A DNA stretch of 64,000 nucleotides from Bacteroidales bacterium UBA3754 (GCA_002371705.1 DFGI01000080.1:7530-71529), one strand, 5' to 3'; numbered from the stretch's first letter, positions 1 to 10,013 are shown. Translations and numbers: made by a program. The notes: generated by a model not told the origin, from the sequence alone.

Positions 1-1455
1 TGGGATTATTTGTTAGAAAAGCGTAACAACGCCTCAAGTAAAAAAGGATACGCGATGGTTAACGGAGTGCATGGTCTAATTCTTTTACCCGATAATTGGA
101 CTTTGCCAGAGGGACTTACATTTAAGAGCGAATCGTCAAGCCCAACATATGGTGCGAGCTATTCTGACAACGAATATTCTTCGTCAGAGTGGAGAAAAAT
201 GGAGGCGAACGGTGCGGTATTCCTTCCTGCTGGTGGTTATCGTTACAACGGTGTATTTAATACTGATAGAGGCTATTATTGGTCGGCTTCGGCAGACGGT
301 GATGAATATGCCTACTATATGGGCTTTAAAAGTAACATTGCATGGGCGGACAGCTTTTTCAACCGACGTTTCGGAATCTCTGTCCGCCTTGTGTGTGATG
401 CGCCAATGGTTACAACTTGGCCAGCAACCGTCACAAAACATTCCGCCATCATTAGCGGAAACGTGACCAAAGACAACGGAGCAACTATAACAGAGCGAGG
501 CATATGTTGGGGTACAACAAACAATCCTACCATTACAGATAATAAAATAATATGCGGAACGGGAATAGGCGAATTATTTAGTGTTAAACTTACCGATCTA
601 CCCGAGAACACAACATATTATGCTCGTGCCTATGCTGTGAATAGTGCAGGAATATCTTACGGAGAGATCATTACATTTACCACGAAGTATCTAGAAAACG
701 GAACGATTAGGGCTGCATTCTCTACTGGAAGTAACACTCAGATTTATTTCTCGCAGGGCAACCTGCAATACCAAGCAAGTACAGGCACGTGGCGATTCGC
801 AGACCAATGGGAGATAGTTGGCCAAGATAACAACAACATTTCTTCAAACTATGAGGGTTGGATAGATTTATTCGGTTGGGGAACGAGTGGCTACAATGGC
901 AAGAATCCATATATGACAAGCTCAAATTATAGTGACTACGGCGACGGTTCAAACAACATTACCAGCACAAATTACGACTGGGGCGTTTATAACAAGATTT
1001 CCAATGGTGGGAACCAAGTGGAAATGTGGCGGACACTCACAAGGGGGGAATGGGAATATCTAATCAATAAAAGAACTGACGCGTCAAACAAGAAAGGCTA
1101 TGCCACGGTGAATCACGTTTCGGGGTTAGTTTTGCTTCCCGATAACTGGACATTACCAGCAGACGTAACATTCACAAGCGAGAGACTACTACAAGAACGA
1201 AACACATATTCAATTGAAGACTGGGCTAAAATGGAGGCTAATGGTGCGGTATTTCTTCCTGCTGCGGGCTACCGTTCCGGTACGGATGTGAACGGCGTTG
1301 GTTCCGGCTACTATTGGTCGAGTTCGGCTAACACCGTCCACGACGCGTACTATCTGTATTTCAACGGCAATGGCACGCAGCAAACGAACAACGAAGGTAA
1401 CTACTACGGCCGCAGATATGGGCGATCTGTCCGCCTTGTGCGTGATGTAAAATAA
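1..1455 (+). CDS. Surface protein with two FISUMP-type (Fibrobacter succinogenes major paralogous / DUF1566-like) domains and one Ig/Fn3-like repeat; 5' end cut by the window edge
   Basis: Frame 1 is open from base 1 (WDYLLEKRNNASSKKGYAMVNG...). This parallels the internal WEYLINKRTDASNKKGYATVNH... of the second module, so the real start lies upstream of the window. There are two copies of the FLPA(A)GYR...GYYWS(A/S)S...SVRLV motif block typical of the FISUMP family. Confidence 0.75.
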   Translation, partial: WDYLLEKRNNASSKKGYAMVNGVHGLILLPDNWTLPEGLTFKSESSSPTYGASYSDNEYSSSEWRKMEANGAVFLPAGGYRYNGVFNTDRGYYWSASADGDEYAYYMGFKSNIAWADSFFNRRFGISVRLVCDAPMVTTWPATVTKHSAIISGNVTKDNGATITERGICWGTTNNPTITDNKIICGTGIGELFSVKLTDLPENTTYYARAYAVNSAGISYGEIITFTTKYLENGTIRAAFSTGSNTQIYFSQGNLQYQASTGTWRFADQWEIVGQDNNNISSNYEGWIDLFGWGTSGYNGKNPYMTSSNYSDYGDGSNNITSTNYDWGVYNKISNGGNQVEMWRTLTRGEWEYLINKRTDASNKKGYATVNHVSGLVLLPDNWTLPADVTFTSERLLQERNTYSIEDWAKMEANGAVFLPAAGYRSGTDVNGVGSGYYWSSSANTVHDAYYLYFNGNGTQQTNNEGNYYGRRYGRSVRLVRDVK

Positions 1456-1526
1456 AAAATAGAGATAAGGATAAAAATGATATGAATAAAGGAAAAATAA
1501 TTGAAGAAATAAAAATATATATACGT

Positions 1527-3575
1527 ATGAGAAAATTTTATTCGATTTTAGGAGCGTTGCTGATGGGAGCAACGAGTTTATTCGCACAAACTAACTACAC
1601 GGTTACGTTTTCGGCGAATGTTGAGATGGAAAAAGTACAAGTAAAGGATCTGTCTTCGGGAAAAACAAAAATGTTGTACAGCCCTGACAATGTGATTACA
1701 TTGCAAAAAGTGAAAAAACAAGAAACACCGATTGCCTCAGTTGACAATCCAATGTTTTTGCAACAGACGGCAAGCAATGCCGTGGCAGTGAACATGGAAA
1801 AAGCAGGGCATTTATCCCTTACACTATATTCGTTGAACGGCACGTTTGTGGCACGCTACTCAAACAACATTGACGCAGGGCAGAATGCGTTCCAAATTGG
1901 TGCATCAACAGGTATGTACGTGTTGGTTGCTACGGCGGGTGGCAAATCAGCTTCGTTGAAACTTTCGCTCACGCAAAATTCACAACCTGGCATTTATGAG
2001 ATTATTACGAGCAAATCAGATGTTTTCTTAAAGTCTGTTGAAGATGTTATTACTTTTTACGAAGGCGATACATTTGAGTTCATAGGATATTATTATAGAC
2101 AGACCGACAAGAAGACGGCGGTGATAACCAGTGACCAGGCAATAACGTTTTCTTTTACAAAAGCAACTGCACCAACGGTTACAACCATGCAGGCAACCGA
2201 CATAACATACGATGCCGCCACCGTTGGCGGGAAAGTGAACAAAGACAACGGAGCACCTGTAACAGAGCGAGGTATATGTTGGAATACGACCAGAAATCCG
2301 ACTATTGAAGATAATAAAGAAACGAGTGGAACAGGAACTGGCAGTTTCACAGCAACGCTCTCTTCGCTTTCTGACGGGACAACGTTTTATGCACGTGCCT
2401 ATGCCATAAATAACGAGGGAACTTCGTATGGCGATGAAATTACATTTACCACTATGAAAATTATGGCTCCGAGTGTTTCTACCTTACAAGCAACGAACGT
2501 ATTTATTGATGTTGCAACCATTGATGGTAATGTAACAGCCGACAACGGAGCCTCTGTTACCGAACGAGGAATTTGTTGGGCAACCTCATTAAATCCAACA
2601 ATTGCAGACAATAAGGAAGCGAGTGGTACAGGAACAGGCAGTTTTTCTGTTACGCTTTCTTCGCTTTTGGAAGGGACAACCTATTATGTGCGTGCATACG
2701 CTATAAATAAGGAGGGGACTTCGTATGGTAATGAGATTACGTTTACCACGAAGAAGAAAGTTGCTATTGTAGATGGTGCCATACAGAGTGACTTTTCCGT
2801 TTCGAGGACCAAAAAAGTGTATTTCTCACAAGGAAACTTGCAATATCAGGCGAGTCCTAACAAAAAATGGCGATTTGCTGAAAATCAATGGGATTTTGTC
2901 GGAACACAAAAACCAAAGCTTGGAAAAGCTGGTGGAACAGTTGGAGGTAGTGATAACAAGAAAATAGGCAATGTTTATACTGGTTGGATAGACTTGTTCG
3001 GTTGGGGAACAAGCGGGTTTGGGAGGACAAAACCATATGAGAGTAGCACCACCTCCTCCGATTATGCAAAAACTGCCACGGGAAGCATAGCAGGCACGAA
3101 TTACGATTGGGGGGTATATAACAAAATTTCCAACGGCGGAAACCAAGAGGGATTGTGGCGTACGCTCACATACAGCGAATGGGATTATTTGATTTCTGGT
3201 CGTGCACAGGCAAGCGACCTTTGGGGATATGGTAGTGTGAACAACGTGAACGGAATAATATTGTTGCCTGACGGTTGGGAAACTCCATCGTCGGTAAAAT
3301 TCACATCTGGCAAAGAGCTTAAATATTCAACCAATGTGTACACACAGGATGAGTGGATGGTTTTGCAGTCGTATGGTGCGGTGTTTCTTCCTGCTGCGGG
3401 CCGTCGTCGCGGTACGGATGTGGACAGCGTTGGTGAGTCCGGCTACTATTGGTCAAGTACGGCTAATACACAACTGGATGGCCAACCTTACTATCTGGGA
3501 GGAAATAGTGTGACTTCCTCCGGCGTATCTCGTGCCAATGGGTTCTCTGTCCGTTTAGTACAAGATGTTAAATAA
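1527..3575 (+). CDS. Secreted FISUMP-domain protein with three tandem ~85-aa Ig/Fn3-like repeats
   Basis: The ATG at 1527 gives the signal peptide MRKFYSILGALLMGATSLFAQ; the ORF-track start at 1482 only adds a lysine/isoleucine-rich extension. Three repeats match (T)ERGICW.T..NPTI.DNK..SGTGTGSF...LSSL..GTT(F/Y)Y.RAYAIN.EGTSYG.EITFTT. The C-terminus is FLPAAGRR...GYYWSST...SVRLV. Confidence 0.8.
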   Translation: MRKFYSILGALLMGATSLFAQTNYTVTFSANVEMEKVQVKDLSSGKTKMLYSPDNVITLQKVKKQETPIASVDNPMFLQQTASNAVAVNMEKAGHLSLTLYSLNGTFVARYSNNIDAGQNAFQIGASTGMYVLVATAGGKSASLKLSLTQNSQPGIYEIITSKSDVFLKSVEDVITFYEGDTFEFIGYYYRQTDKKTAVITSDQAITFSFTKATAPTVTTMQATDITYDAATVGGKVNKDNGAPVTERGICWNTTRNPTIEDNKETSGTGTGSFTATLSSLSDGTTFYARAYAINNEGTSYGDEITFTTMKIMAPSVSTLQATNVFIDVATIDGNVTADNGASVTERGICWATSLNPTIADNKEASGTGTGSFSVTLSSLLEGTTYYVRAYAINKEGTSYGNEITFTTKKKVAIVDGAIQSDFSVSRTKKVYFSQGNLQYQASPNKKWRFAENQWDFVGTQKPKLGKAGGTVGGSDNKKIGNVYTGWIDLFGWGTSGFGRTKPYESSTTSSDYAKTATGSIAGTNYDWGVYNKISNGGNQEGLWRTLTYSEWDYLISGRAQASDLWGYGSVNNVNGIILLPDGWETPSSVKFTSGKELKYSTNVYTQDEWMVLQSYGAVFLPAAGRRRGTDVDSVGESGYYWSSTANTQLDGQPYYLGGNSVTSSGVSRANGFSVRLVQDVK

Positions 3576-3590
3576 GTAAAAAATAGAGAT

Positions 3591-4355
3591 ATGAGAAAAA
3601 AGATTCGCAATATTTTAATTGTAATTTGTATAATATGCGTAGCAGTTATATTACAAATTATATTTCAGTTCTTTACAATTAGACCTTTGGAATGGGGAGA
3701 AAATAAAATATATCAAATAAATGATTGTCTTATTGGAATTTGCACAAGTATTATAACTGGAATACTTATTTATTTCCTTACTGTTCCATTAGCAGATTCT
3801 TTTTATAAGAAAAAAGCTAAACCCATTTCAAAACCATATATTCAAGATTTATATTATTGTTTACAAAGAAGTCAAGCGTATTTGGTATACAAAAAGAACA
3901 CACAAGGTGATAATTATACGAATTTCACTCAATTGGAAAACTCACAGAAATTTACTATAGAGGAACTAAGAGATGCTGGTTTCCAAACAACTCAAACTTA
4001 TACGGAACTTCAATTATGGCATGAAGAACAAGAGTTAGTTTATAGGAATATAGATGCTATTCTTGCGATTCCGTATCGTACGATTATAGATGAAGAACTT
4101 CATATGAATTTGTGTCAGTTAAGATATTGTTTGTTTTATATTGGTGTTAATGAGAATTTTCAGAATAAAAATGTTTGGACGCAGATTGAAACCATAAAAA
4201 ATCACGGTAATTATCAATGGCAGAACTTTCTTAATTTTACACGACCGAATTTTGGGAAAGAGTTAGAAGAGTATTCACAAACAATAAAAGAACTTTTAGA
4301 TATTATCCCCAAAGTGTACATGGACATTAATAAGCGTCATTATAAAATTGTATGA
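3591..4355 (+). CDS. Hypothetical membrane protein (two N-terminal TM helices plus a ~180-aa soluble domain)
   Basis: Intact 254-aa ORF with an ATG start 15 nt after the preceding stop. Hydrophobic segments are ILIVICIICVAVILQIIFQFF and CLIGICTSIITGILIYFLTV. GC is very low (about 25% in the 60-nt line at 3661) against about 58% in the line at 3361. I recognise no family motif. Confidence 0.55.
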   Translation: MRKKIRNILIVICIICVAVILQIIFQFFTIRPLEWGENKIYQINDCLIGICTSIITGILIYFLTVPLADSFYKKKAKPISKPYIQDLYYCLQRSQAYLVYKKNTQGDNYTNFTQLENSQKFTIEELRDAGFQTTQTYTELQLWHEEQELVYRNIDAILAIPYRTIIDEELHMNLCQLRYCLFYIGVNENFQNKNVWTQIETIKNHGNYQWQNFLNFTRPNFGKELEEYSQTIKELLDIIPKVYMDINKRHYKIV

Positions 4356-4398
4356 AAATAATTTAGAGCAAATACAATAAAATCTTGACCATTGAAAA

Positions 4399-4426
4399 GG
4401 GATTCCCGCAAGGGAGTCCCTTTTTT
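4399..4426 (+). terminator. Rho-independent terminator hairpin (copy 1 of a duplicated hairpin)
   Basis: GGGATTCCC-GCAA-GGGAGTCCC followed by TTTTTT. It forms a 9-bp stem with one G-U pair, 44 nt after the stop at 4355. Confidence 0.6.
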
Positions 4427-4460
4427 CTTGCCTACATACCGGAATCCAAGAGAAATCGTA

Positions 4461-4468
4461 TATCTTTG
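4461..4468 (+). promoter_or_regulatory. Candidate Bacteroidetes -7 promoter box (TAnnTTTG)
   Basis: tatctttg lies 28 nt upstream of the ATG at 4496. Confidence 0.35.
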
Positions 4469-4495
4469 CATTGTAATCAATACATAAAAAGTATA

Positions 4496-5038
4496 ATGCA
4501 AATGATAAAAATTGAAGACGTGCAGGACAAGGTCTTGCAACTTCGCAATGAAAATGTGATTATCGATAGTGATGTGGCTACGCTGTATGGCGTGGAAACC
4601 AAACGAATCAACGAAGCGGTGAAAAACAATCCAGAAAAGTTTCCGGAAGGGTATGTCTTTAAACTGACTCAACAAGAGAAAACAGAGGTGGTCGAAAATT
4701 TCGACCACCTTAATCAGTTGAAATTTAGCAAAGTAGAGCCAAGAGCCTTTACAGAACGAGGTTTATATATGCTTGCAACCATACTCAAAGGCGAACAGGC
4801 GGTACAAACGACTTTGCTTATTATCGAGACATTTGTGAAAATTCGGGAGTTGTCGAGAACCATTGCCGCCTTGCCACAAACAGAAGACAAAACCGTTCAA
4901 AAATCACTTATGCAAAAAGGTGGCGAACTTATTTCCGATATTTTGGGCAACGACCTCAATACAACAGAATCGGAAACCGAACTGGAACTAAATTTCGCAA
5001 TGCTGAAATTGAAACACAAAGTTGTAAGAAAAAAGTAG
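4496..5038 (+). CDS. ORF6N-domain (KilA-N/Bro-N-like DNA-binding) protein
   Basis: VIIDSDVATLYGVETKRINEAVKNNPEKFPEGYVFKLTQQE...PRAFTERGLYMLATILKGEQAVQTT fits the ORF6N domain pattern common in Bacteroidales. The ATG at 4496 was chosen because the longer ORF (4385) would run through the upstream terminator hairpin. Confidence 0.7.
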   Translation: MQMIKIEDVQDKVLQLRNENVIIDSDVATLYGVETKRINEAVKNNPEKFPEGYVFKLTQQEKTEVVENFDHLNQLKFSKVEPRAFTERGLYMLATILKGEQAVQTTLLIIETFVKIRELSRTIAALPQTEDKTVQKSLMQKGGELISDILGNDLNTTESETELELNFAMLKLKHKVVRKK

Positions 5039-5047
5039 AACAATTAA

Positions 5048-5074
5048 GGGATTTCCGCAAGGGAGTCCCTTTTT
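5048..5074 (+). terminator. Rho-independent terminator hairpin (copy 2, one mismatch to copy 1)
   Basis: GGGATTTCC-GCAA-GGGAGTCCC followed by TTTTT, 10 nt after the stop at 5038. Confidence 0.6.
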
Positions 5075-5123
5075 AGTGCGTGAAAACGGGAAAAGGAAAA
5101 AATTTTATTTTGATATAACATCG

Positions 5124-5131
5124 TATATTTG
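5124..5131 (+). promoter_or_regulatory. Candidate -7 promoter box (TAnnTTTG)
   Basis: tatatttg lies 92 nt upstream of the ATG at 5223, which is a long leader, so this call is weak. Confidence 0.25.
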
Positions 5132-5222
5132 CTTGATTTTATGAGGAAAGTTTTCGTAGAATTTTCGTTCAAGACACAAGTAATTTTTACAAAAAATAAA
5201 AATGCTCAACGGATAAAAAATT

Positions 5223-5996
5223 ATGGCCTTAACAAACATAGAAAAGCATTACAACAAGCACAACGAAGACCTTCGCTTGTGCCGACGGCATGGCATTGTG
5301 GAGTTCGAAACCACTATGTACCACCTGCGTCGGTTTTTGCAGCAGGGGCAGACAATCCTCGACGTTGGGGCGGGAACGGGACGATACTGCTCAGCACTGA
5401 TGGCTGAAGGTTATCGGGTGAAAGCCGTGGAACTCGTCCGCCGCAATATTGAAATGTTTCTCAAACGTGAACCCACGGCCGATGTGATTCAGGGCGATGC
5501 CAGAAATATGTCGCCTATAGCGACGGATTTTGCCGATGTTACGCTTTTGCTCGGTCCGCTGTACCATCTTATAGGCGACGACGAAAAACTAAAGGCACTG
5601 AACGAGACAAAACGCGTGACCAAGCCTGGAGGACTGATTTTTGTGGCGTATCTGATGAACGAATACAGCATTCTTTCGTATTGCTTCGACGAGGAAAGAA
5701 TCGAGGGGCTTTTGGCGCAAGGAGCTGTGGATAAGGATTTTCACGTGAGAGTTCAGGAGGGGGAATTGTACGACTACGTGCGTCTGGAAGACATAAACCG
5801 TCTTAACGAGAAAGCAGGTTTGGAACGTGTCACAATCTTTTCGCCTGAAGGAGCCGCCGACTATATGCGTACCCGCATCAATCACATGAGCGACGCGACA
5901 TTTGCCCGTTTCATCGAATACCAAAAATGCGTGTCGGAACGGCAGGAACTTATTGGAGCAGGCAGCCACGTGGTAGATGTGGTGCGTTGTTCATAA
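5223..5996 (+). CDS. Class I SAM-dependent methyltransferase
   Basis: Motif I ILDVGAGTGRY is followed by an acidic motif II (KAVELV) and a post-I/III pattern (GGLIFVAY). Confidence 0.85.
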   Translation: MALTNIEKHYNKHNEDLRLCRRHGIVEFETTMYHLRRFLQQGQTILDVGAGTGRYCSALMAEGYRVKAVELVRRNIEMFLKREPTADVIQGDARNMSPIATDFADVTLLLGPLYHLIGDDEKLKALNETKRVTKPGGLIFVAYLMNEYSILSYCFDEERIEGLLAQGAVDKDFHVRVQEGELYDYVRLEDINRLNEKAGLERVTIFSPEGAADYMRTRINHMSDATFARFIEYQKCVSERQELIGAGSHVVDVVRCS

Positions 5997-6046
5997 CTCG
6001 TAAATTATTCCTATTCAATAAATTCTTCCAAATTCATAGGAAAAAG

Positions 6047-6054
6047 TACCTTTG
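6047..6054 (+). promoter_or_regulatory. Candidate -7 promoter box (TAnnTTTG)
   Basis: tacctttg lies 23 nt upstream of the parE ATG. Confidence 0.35.
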
Positions 6055-6077
6055 CTACCAAATTCCGAACAGAATAA

Positions 6078-7937
6078 ATGGCAGAAATCGCAGAATATAC
6101 CGAAGAAAACATCAAGACCCTTGAGGGTGTGGAACATATACGGCTCCGTCCGGGTATGTACATCGGAAAATTAGGCGATGGTTCCCACTCCGACGACGGA
6201 ATTTATGTGCTGATAAAGGAAGTAATCGACAACTCCATTGATGAATTCCGTATGGGCGCGGGCAAAGTAATTGATGTGACCGTAAAGGACGGGAAAGTCC
6301 GTGTGCGCGACTATGGGCGCGGTATTCCGCTTGGAAAGCTTTTGGACTGCGTTTCTATTCTCAACACGGGTGCGAAATACGACTCAAAAGTTTTCAAAAA
6401 ATCAGTTGGGTTGAACGGTGTGGGTACAAAGGCCGTGAACGCATTATCATGGAAATTTTCCGCCCAATCGTTCCGCAACGGCGAAACGCGCCGCATTGAA
6501 TTTAAACAAGGTGTGCTTGCGAGCGACACCAATGTGATACAAGATGAGAGCAAATCACAAAACGGCACTCTTATTGAATTTGAACCCGATTCCAGCAAAG
6601 GTTTGTTCGAAAATTACGCATTCCACGACGATTTCATCGAAACGATGATGCGCAATTATTCGTATCTAAACACTGGACTTACAATCAATTACAACGGACA
6701 AAAATTTAATTCAAAAAATGGTCTTCTTGATTTGTTGACCGAAACATTTGCAAAAGATCAAATTGAGCCATTATATCCGATTATCCACCTCAAAGGCGAT
6801 GATATTGAAATTGCGCTGACGCACACTGAACAAAACGGAGAAGATTATTTTTCGTTTGTCAACGGTCAGCACACTATTCAAGGAGGAACGCACCAAGCAG
6901 CCTACCGTGAGGCAATTGGACGCACAATAAAGGAATTCTTCAACAAAAACCAGGAACTTGCCGACATCCGCAATGGCGTGGTTGGGGCTATTGCGCTCAA
7001 TGTGGAAGAACCTGTGTTCGAAAGCCAAACAAAAGTAAAACTTGGTTCACGCGATATGGCGCCAACTGAAGGCAGCATTTCGGTCAATAAGTTTGTGAAT
7101 GATTTTGTAAAACAGGAACTTGACGATTATCTGCATAAACACCCCGAAATCACCGAGGTGATGGCAAAGAAAATCCAAGATTCAGAAAAAGAACGCAAGG
7201 CAATTGATGTGGTGCGCAACAAAGCAATGACAAAGCGTGCGAGCTTGCACAACCGAAAACTCCGCGATTGCCGCATACACTACAACACGAACCACGAACT
7301 TCGCGACGAGACCTGTATTTTCATTACCGAAGGTGATTCGGCAAGCGGTTCAATCACAAAATCAAGAAACGCAGCCACACAGGCAGTGTTCAGTCTTCGA
7401 GGAAAACCGCTCAACGCTTATAAGAAAAAGCAAAAGGATATTTACGAAAACGAAGAGCTGAACCTTCTCCAAGCTGCATTGGATATTGAAGGTTCGTTGG
7501 AAAATCTTCGTTACAACAAGGTAATCATCGCAACCGATGCCGATGTTGACGGAATGCACATCCGTATGTTGTTGGTCTCATTCTTCTTAATGTATTGTCC
7601 GAACCTCATCCGCGAAGGACACGTATATATTTTGCAAACGCCACTATTCCGTGTCCGCAACAAGAAAATAACAAAATATTGCTATAGCGACGAGGAACGG
7701 CTTGCAGCCCTTAAAGCAATTTCCGACCCGGAAATCACTCGATTCAAAGGTTTGGGAGAAATTTCGCCAGATGAATTTTCGGTATTTATTGGGAAAGACA
7801 TACGTTTGGAACCCGTGGTTATCGACCACGACACGCAAATCAACGATATTCTCAGCTTCTATATGGGCGACAACACTCCCGAGCGACAGAATTTCATCAT
7901 CGAAAACTTGCGCATCGACACCGACGAGCTACGATAA
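6078..7937 (+). CDS. parE: Type IIA topoisomerase subunit B (DNA topoisomerase IV subunit B)
   Basis: [16 protein letters not shown], a GHKL ATPase N-terminus (EVIDNSIDE), the Toprim motifs TEGDSASG and DADVDGMHI. The 619-aa length fits Bacteroidetes ParE better than GyrB. Confidence 0.8.
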   Translation: MAEIAEYTEENIKTLEGVEHIRLRPGMYIGKLGDGSHSDDGIYVLIKEVIDNSIDEFRMGAGKVIDVTVKDGKVRVRDYGRGIPLGKLLDCVSILNTGAKYDSKVFKKSVGLNGVGTKAVNALSWKFSAQSFRNGETRRIEFKQGVLASDTNVIQDESKSQNGTLIEFEPDSSKGLFENYAFHDDFIETMMRNYSYLNTGLTINYNGQKFNSKNGLLDLLTETFAKDQIEPLYPIIHLKGDDIEIALTHTEQNGEDYFSFVNGQHTIQGGTHQAAYREAIGRTIKEFFNKNQELADIRNGVVGAIALNVEEPVFESQTKVKLGSRDMAPTEGSISVNKFVNDFVKQELDDYLHKHPEITEVMAKKIQDSEKERKAIDVVRNKAMTKRASLHNRKLRDCRIHYNTNHELRDETCIFITEGDSASGSITKSRNAATQAVFSLRGKPLNAYKKKQKDIYENEELNLLQAALDIEGSLENLRYNKVIIATDADVDGMHIRMLLVSFFLMYCPNLIREGHVYILQTPLFRVRNKKITKYCYSDEERLAALKAISDPEITRFKGLGEISPDEFSVFIGKDIRLEPVVIDHDTQINDILSFYMGDNTPERQNFIIENLRIDTDELR

Positions 7938-9032
7938 ACGCGCATATACATCTAACACCGTTCGCTCCTCACGTTCCCAACACAATTCCCGAGCCGCCGC
8001 ATCGCAATTTGCAGCATATTCACGCCATTTTTCCTGATGTTCCAATATGTTGGCAATCTGCATCGCCAAATTCTGCTCCGTGCGTTCTGCAAGCACCTCT
8101 CCACAGCCATACTGCCGTATAATCCGCGCCATTTCAGGTAAATCGGAAACAAGCACAGGCGTTCGCGCCTGAATGTAGTCGAAGAGTTTGTTTGGCAACG
8201 CAAAACGATAATTCGCACAACAACCCTCCTCCAACGAAACGCCAATTGCCACCTGCCGAGTATAGTTTTTCACTTCGGAATAGGGAATTTTTCCCGTAAA
8301 CTCTACCCTATCACCAAGTCTCCGCTGACATACAAGTTTCTGTAAATCAGCCTTTATGTCGCCATCGCCCACAATAAGCAATTTCGCATCGGGAAGATAT
8401 TCCATAGTAGAAATAAGCATCTCCAGACCACGTCCAACATTCAACGAACCCTGATACAAAATCATTTTCTCATTTCGTTGATTTTCAACACATTGCTCTT
8501 GTAAAAACGGAAGATTCCGCACTACCCGAACAGGCACGCCGTATGTTTTTGTGTATATGTTTGCAATTGATTCACAAACAGTTATACAATTTTTCAATCG
8601 GGGAAACAAACAGCGTTCTATCGCCGTCCAAATTCGTTTTACTAAGGGACGATTCGCAAGTTCAGGCACTTCGGTAAAATATTCGTGGCTGTCATAAACT
8701 ATTTGTTTGCGACGAATCCAAGTAGCGCAATACACGCCTAAGAGTGTGTCCAAATCATTGGCAGTGGCTATGTCAAACCGACGGAACAGCAAAAAAAAGA
8801 AATATCGCAGATTCATTTCCGCATAAAACAGCGGTCCTTTCGAAAACACAAAGCGCAGTCGTTTTGTATTATACGGCACATCACGTAGCGGCAGGCTATC
8901 CGAACGTTTTCGTCCAACCACAAGCACGTTGAAGCCAGCATTCGTCAACGTTGACGCCATTTTATGCAACCGATTGTCGCACACCAAATCGTTGCTGACA
9001 AACAAGATAACCTTTTTCGTATTGGTTTCCAC
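7929..9032 (-). CDS. Glycosyltransferase family 4 (GT-B fold)
   Basis: N-terminus [10 protein letters not shown]..., a C-terminal EE...[26 protein letters not shown] pattern (E-x7-E-like region). The start is GTG at 9032, directly abutting the stop of the upstream gene (9034). The 3' end overlaps convergent parE by 9 nt. Confidence 0.75.
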   Translation of the reverse strand: METNTKKVILFVSNDLVCDNRLHKMASTLTNAGFNVLVVGRKRSDSLPLRDVPYNTKRLRFVFSKGPLFYAEMNLRYFFFLLFRRFDIATANDLDTLLGVYCATWIRRKQIVYDSHEYFTEVPELANRPLVKRIWTAIERCLFPRLKNCITVCESIANIYTKTYGVPVRVVRNLPFLQEQCVENQRNEKMILYQGSLNVGRGLEMLISTMEYLPDAKLLIVGDGDIKADLQKLVCQRRLGDRVEFTGKIPYSEVKNYTRQVAIGVSLEEGCCANYRFALPNKLFDYIQARTPVLVSDLPEMARIIRQYGCGEVLAERTEQNLAMQIANILEHQEKWREYAANCDAAARELCWEREERTVLDVYARLS

Positions 9033-9033
9033 G

Positions 9034-9585
9034 TTATTTCAAACTGGAATATTGGTTTTGCCAATCGGGGTCTTGGGAATCCTTAACCAGCCGCCACATA
9101 TCTTCACCATACAGGAATTGATCCATTGCGCTGTAGTTGTAGTTCCGTTTCAAAAAACTCCATTGCGCATCGCTTGGGGCAAAGTCGCGTCCAGCCCATC
9201 CTTTCTCCTCCGTGCCATCGTAGGGATATTCTGCATAACGGAGTTTCCAAAGGTTTTCGAACGACTGCCACATAATTTCCTTTTCCTCCAACAAATTTCT
9301 CTTTTCAGGATTTGCCTTCGAAACGGCCTGTCCCGAGGCCTGCTGTATGAATTGGTCACGCGAAAGCCACGTGAGTTGCTGCTCGCCCGTCGATTTTATT
9401 TGAATATAGCCATAACGGATAAATCCCGTGTAGCTCGTCATCAAACTGATGCCAAAATAGCCAGTCACTGTAACCTTCAGCTCGGGATTATCCTCTTTCC
9501 GAACAAAAATGTTGTTGTTCTGCCCCATGCTGCCGTAGGCCATAAGGGCAAACAATACCATTATTATAATCCGTTTACAGAACAT
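9034..9585 (-). CDS. Hypothetical secreted protein
   Basis: The ATG at 9585 gives the signal peptide MFCKRIIIMVLFALMAYGSMGQ. The ORF-track start at 9618 is a TTG preceded by an A8 run. No family is recognised. Confidence 0.55.
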   Translation of the reverse strand: MFCKRIIIMVLFALMAYGSMGQNNNIFVRKEDNPELKVTVTGYFGISLMTSYTGFIRYGYIQIKSTGEQQLTWLSRDQFIQQASGQAVSKANPEKRNLLEEKEIMWQSFENLWKLRYAEYPYDGTEEKGWAGRDFAPSDAQWSFLKRNYNYSAMDQFLYGEDMWRLVKDSQDPDWQNQYSSLK

Positions 9586-9701
9586 ATTCTTTTTTTTACG
9601 AAAATAACTAAAAATCAACGAATTCCAAATATCAGGCCAAAAACTTCGTCATTTTTTACAAAAAATTTTCGGAAAACGAACAAAGCATAGCATTTTTTTA
9701 T

Positions 9702-9709
9702 TATATTTG
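9702..9709 (+). promoter_or_regulatory. Candidate -7 promoter box (TAnnTTTG)
   Basis: tatatttg lies 31 nt upstream of the csp ATG. Confidence 0.4.
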
Positions 9710-9739
9710 GGATATTATTAACATTAATTTTTTTTCATT

Positions 9740-9937
9740 ATGAAAGGTACAGTAAAATTCTTTAACAAAACCAAAGGTTATGGTTTTATTAAAGAGGCTG
9801 AAACAGACAAAGAATGGTTTGTCCACGTTTCAGGTTTAGTTGACAAAATTGCCGACAACGACAACGTTGAATTCGAAATTGACCCGAACGGCAAAAAAGG
9901 ACCTTGTGCTGTTAACGTAAAAAAAGTTACAGAATAA
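9740..9937 (+). CDS. Cold-shock protein (CspA family, S1-like OB fold)
   Basis: GTVKFFNKTKGYGFI (RNP1-like) and FVHVSGL (RNP2-like); 65 aa. Confidence 0.9.
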   Translation: MKGTVKFFNKTKGYGFIKEAETDKEWFVHVSGLVDKIADNDNVEFEIDPNGKKGPCAVNVKKVTE

Positions 9938-9960
9938 TATCTTTTTTCAACAAATGAATT

Positions 9961-9993
9961 GAGAGACTATAGTTTTCTATAGTCTCTTTTTTT
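9961..9993 (+). terminator. Rho-independent terminator
   Basis: GAGACTATAG-TTTT-CTATAGTCTC forms a 10-12 bp stem followed by T7. Confidence 0.75.
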
Positions 9994-10013
9994 GTCCAAA
10001 TTCTTCTTTGTTT

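Noticed and set aside
5129-5407. A 92-aa ORF overlapping the 5' end of the methyltransferase in another frame.
   Set aside because: The methyltransferase frame contains the SAM-binding motifs. The alternative frame has none and starts with TTG.
8929-9690. A 253-aa plus-strand ORF.
   Set aside because: It lies entirely antisense to the GT4 5' end and the secreted-protein gene. It has low-complexity, hydrophobic composition with no motifs. The minus-strand genes have clear family or signal-peptide features.
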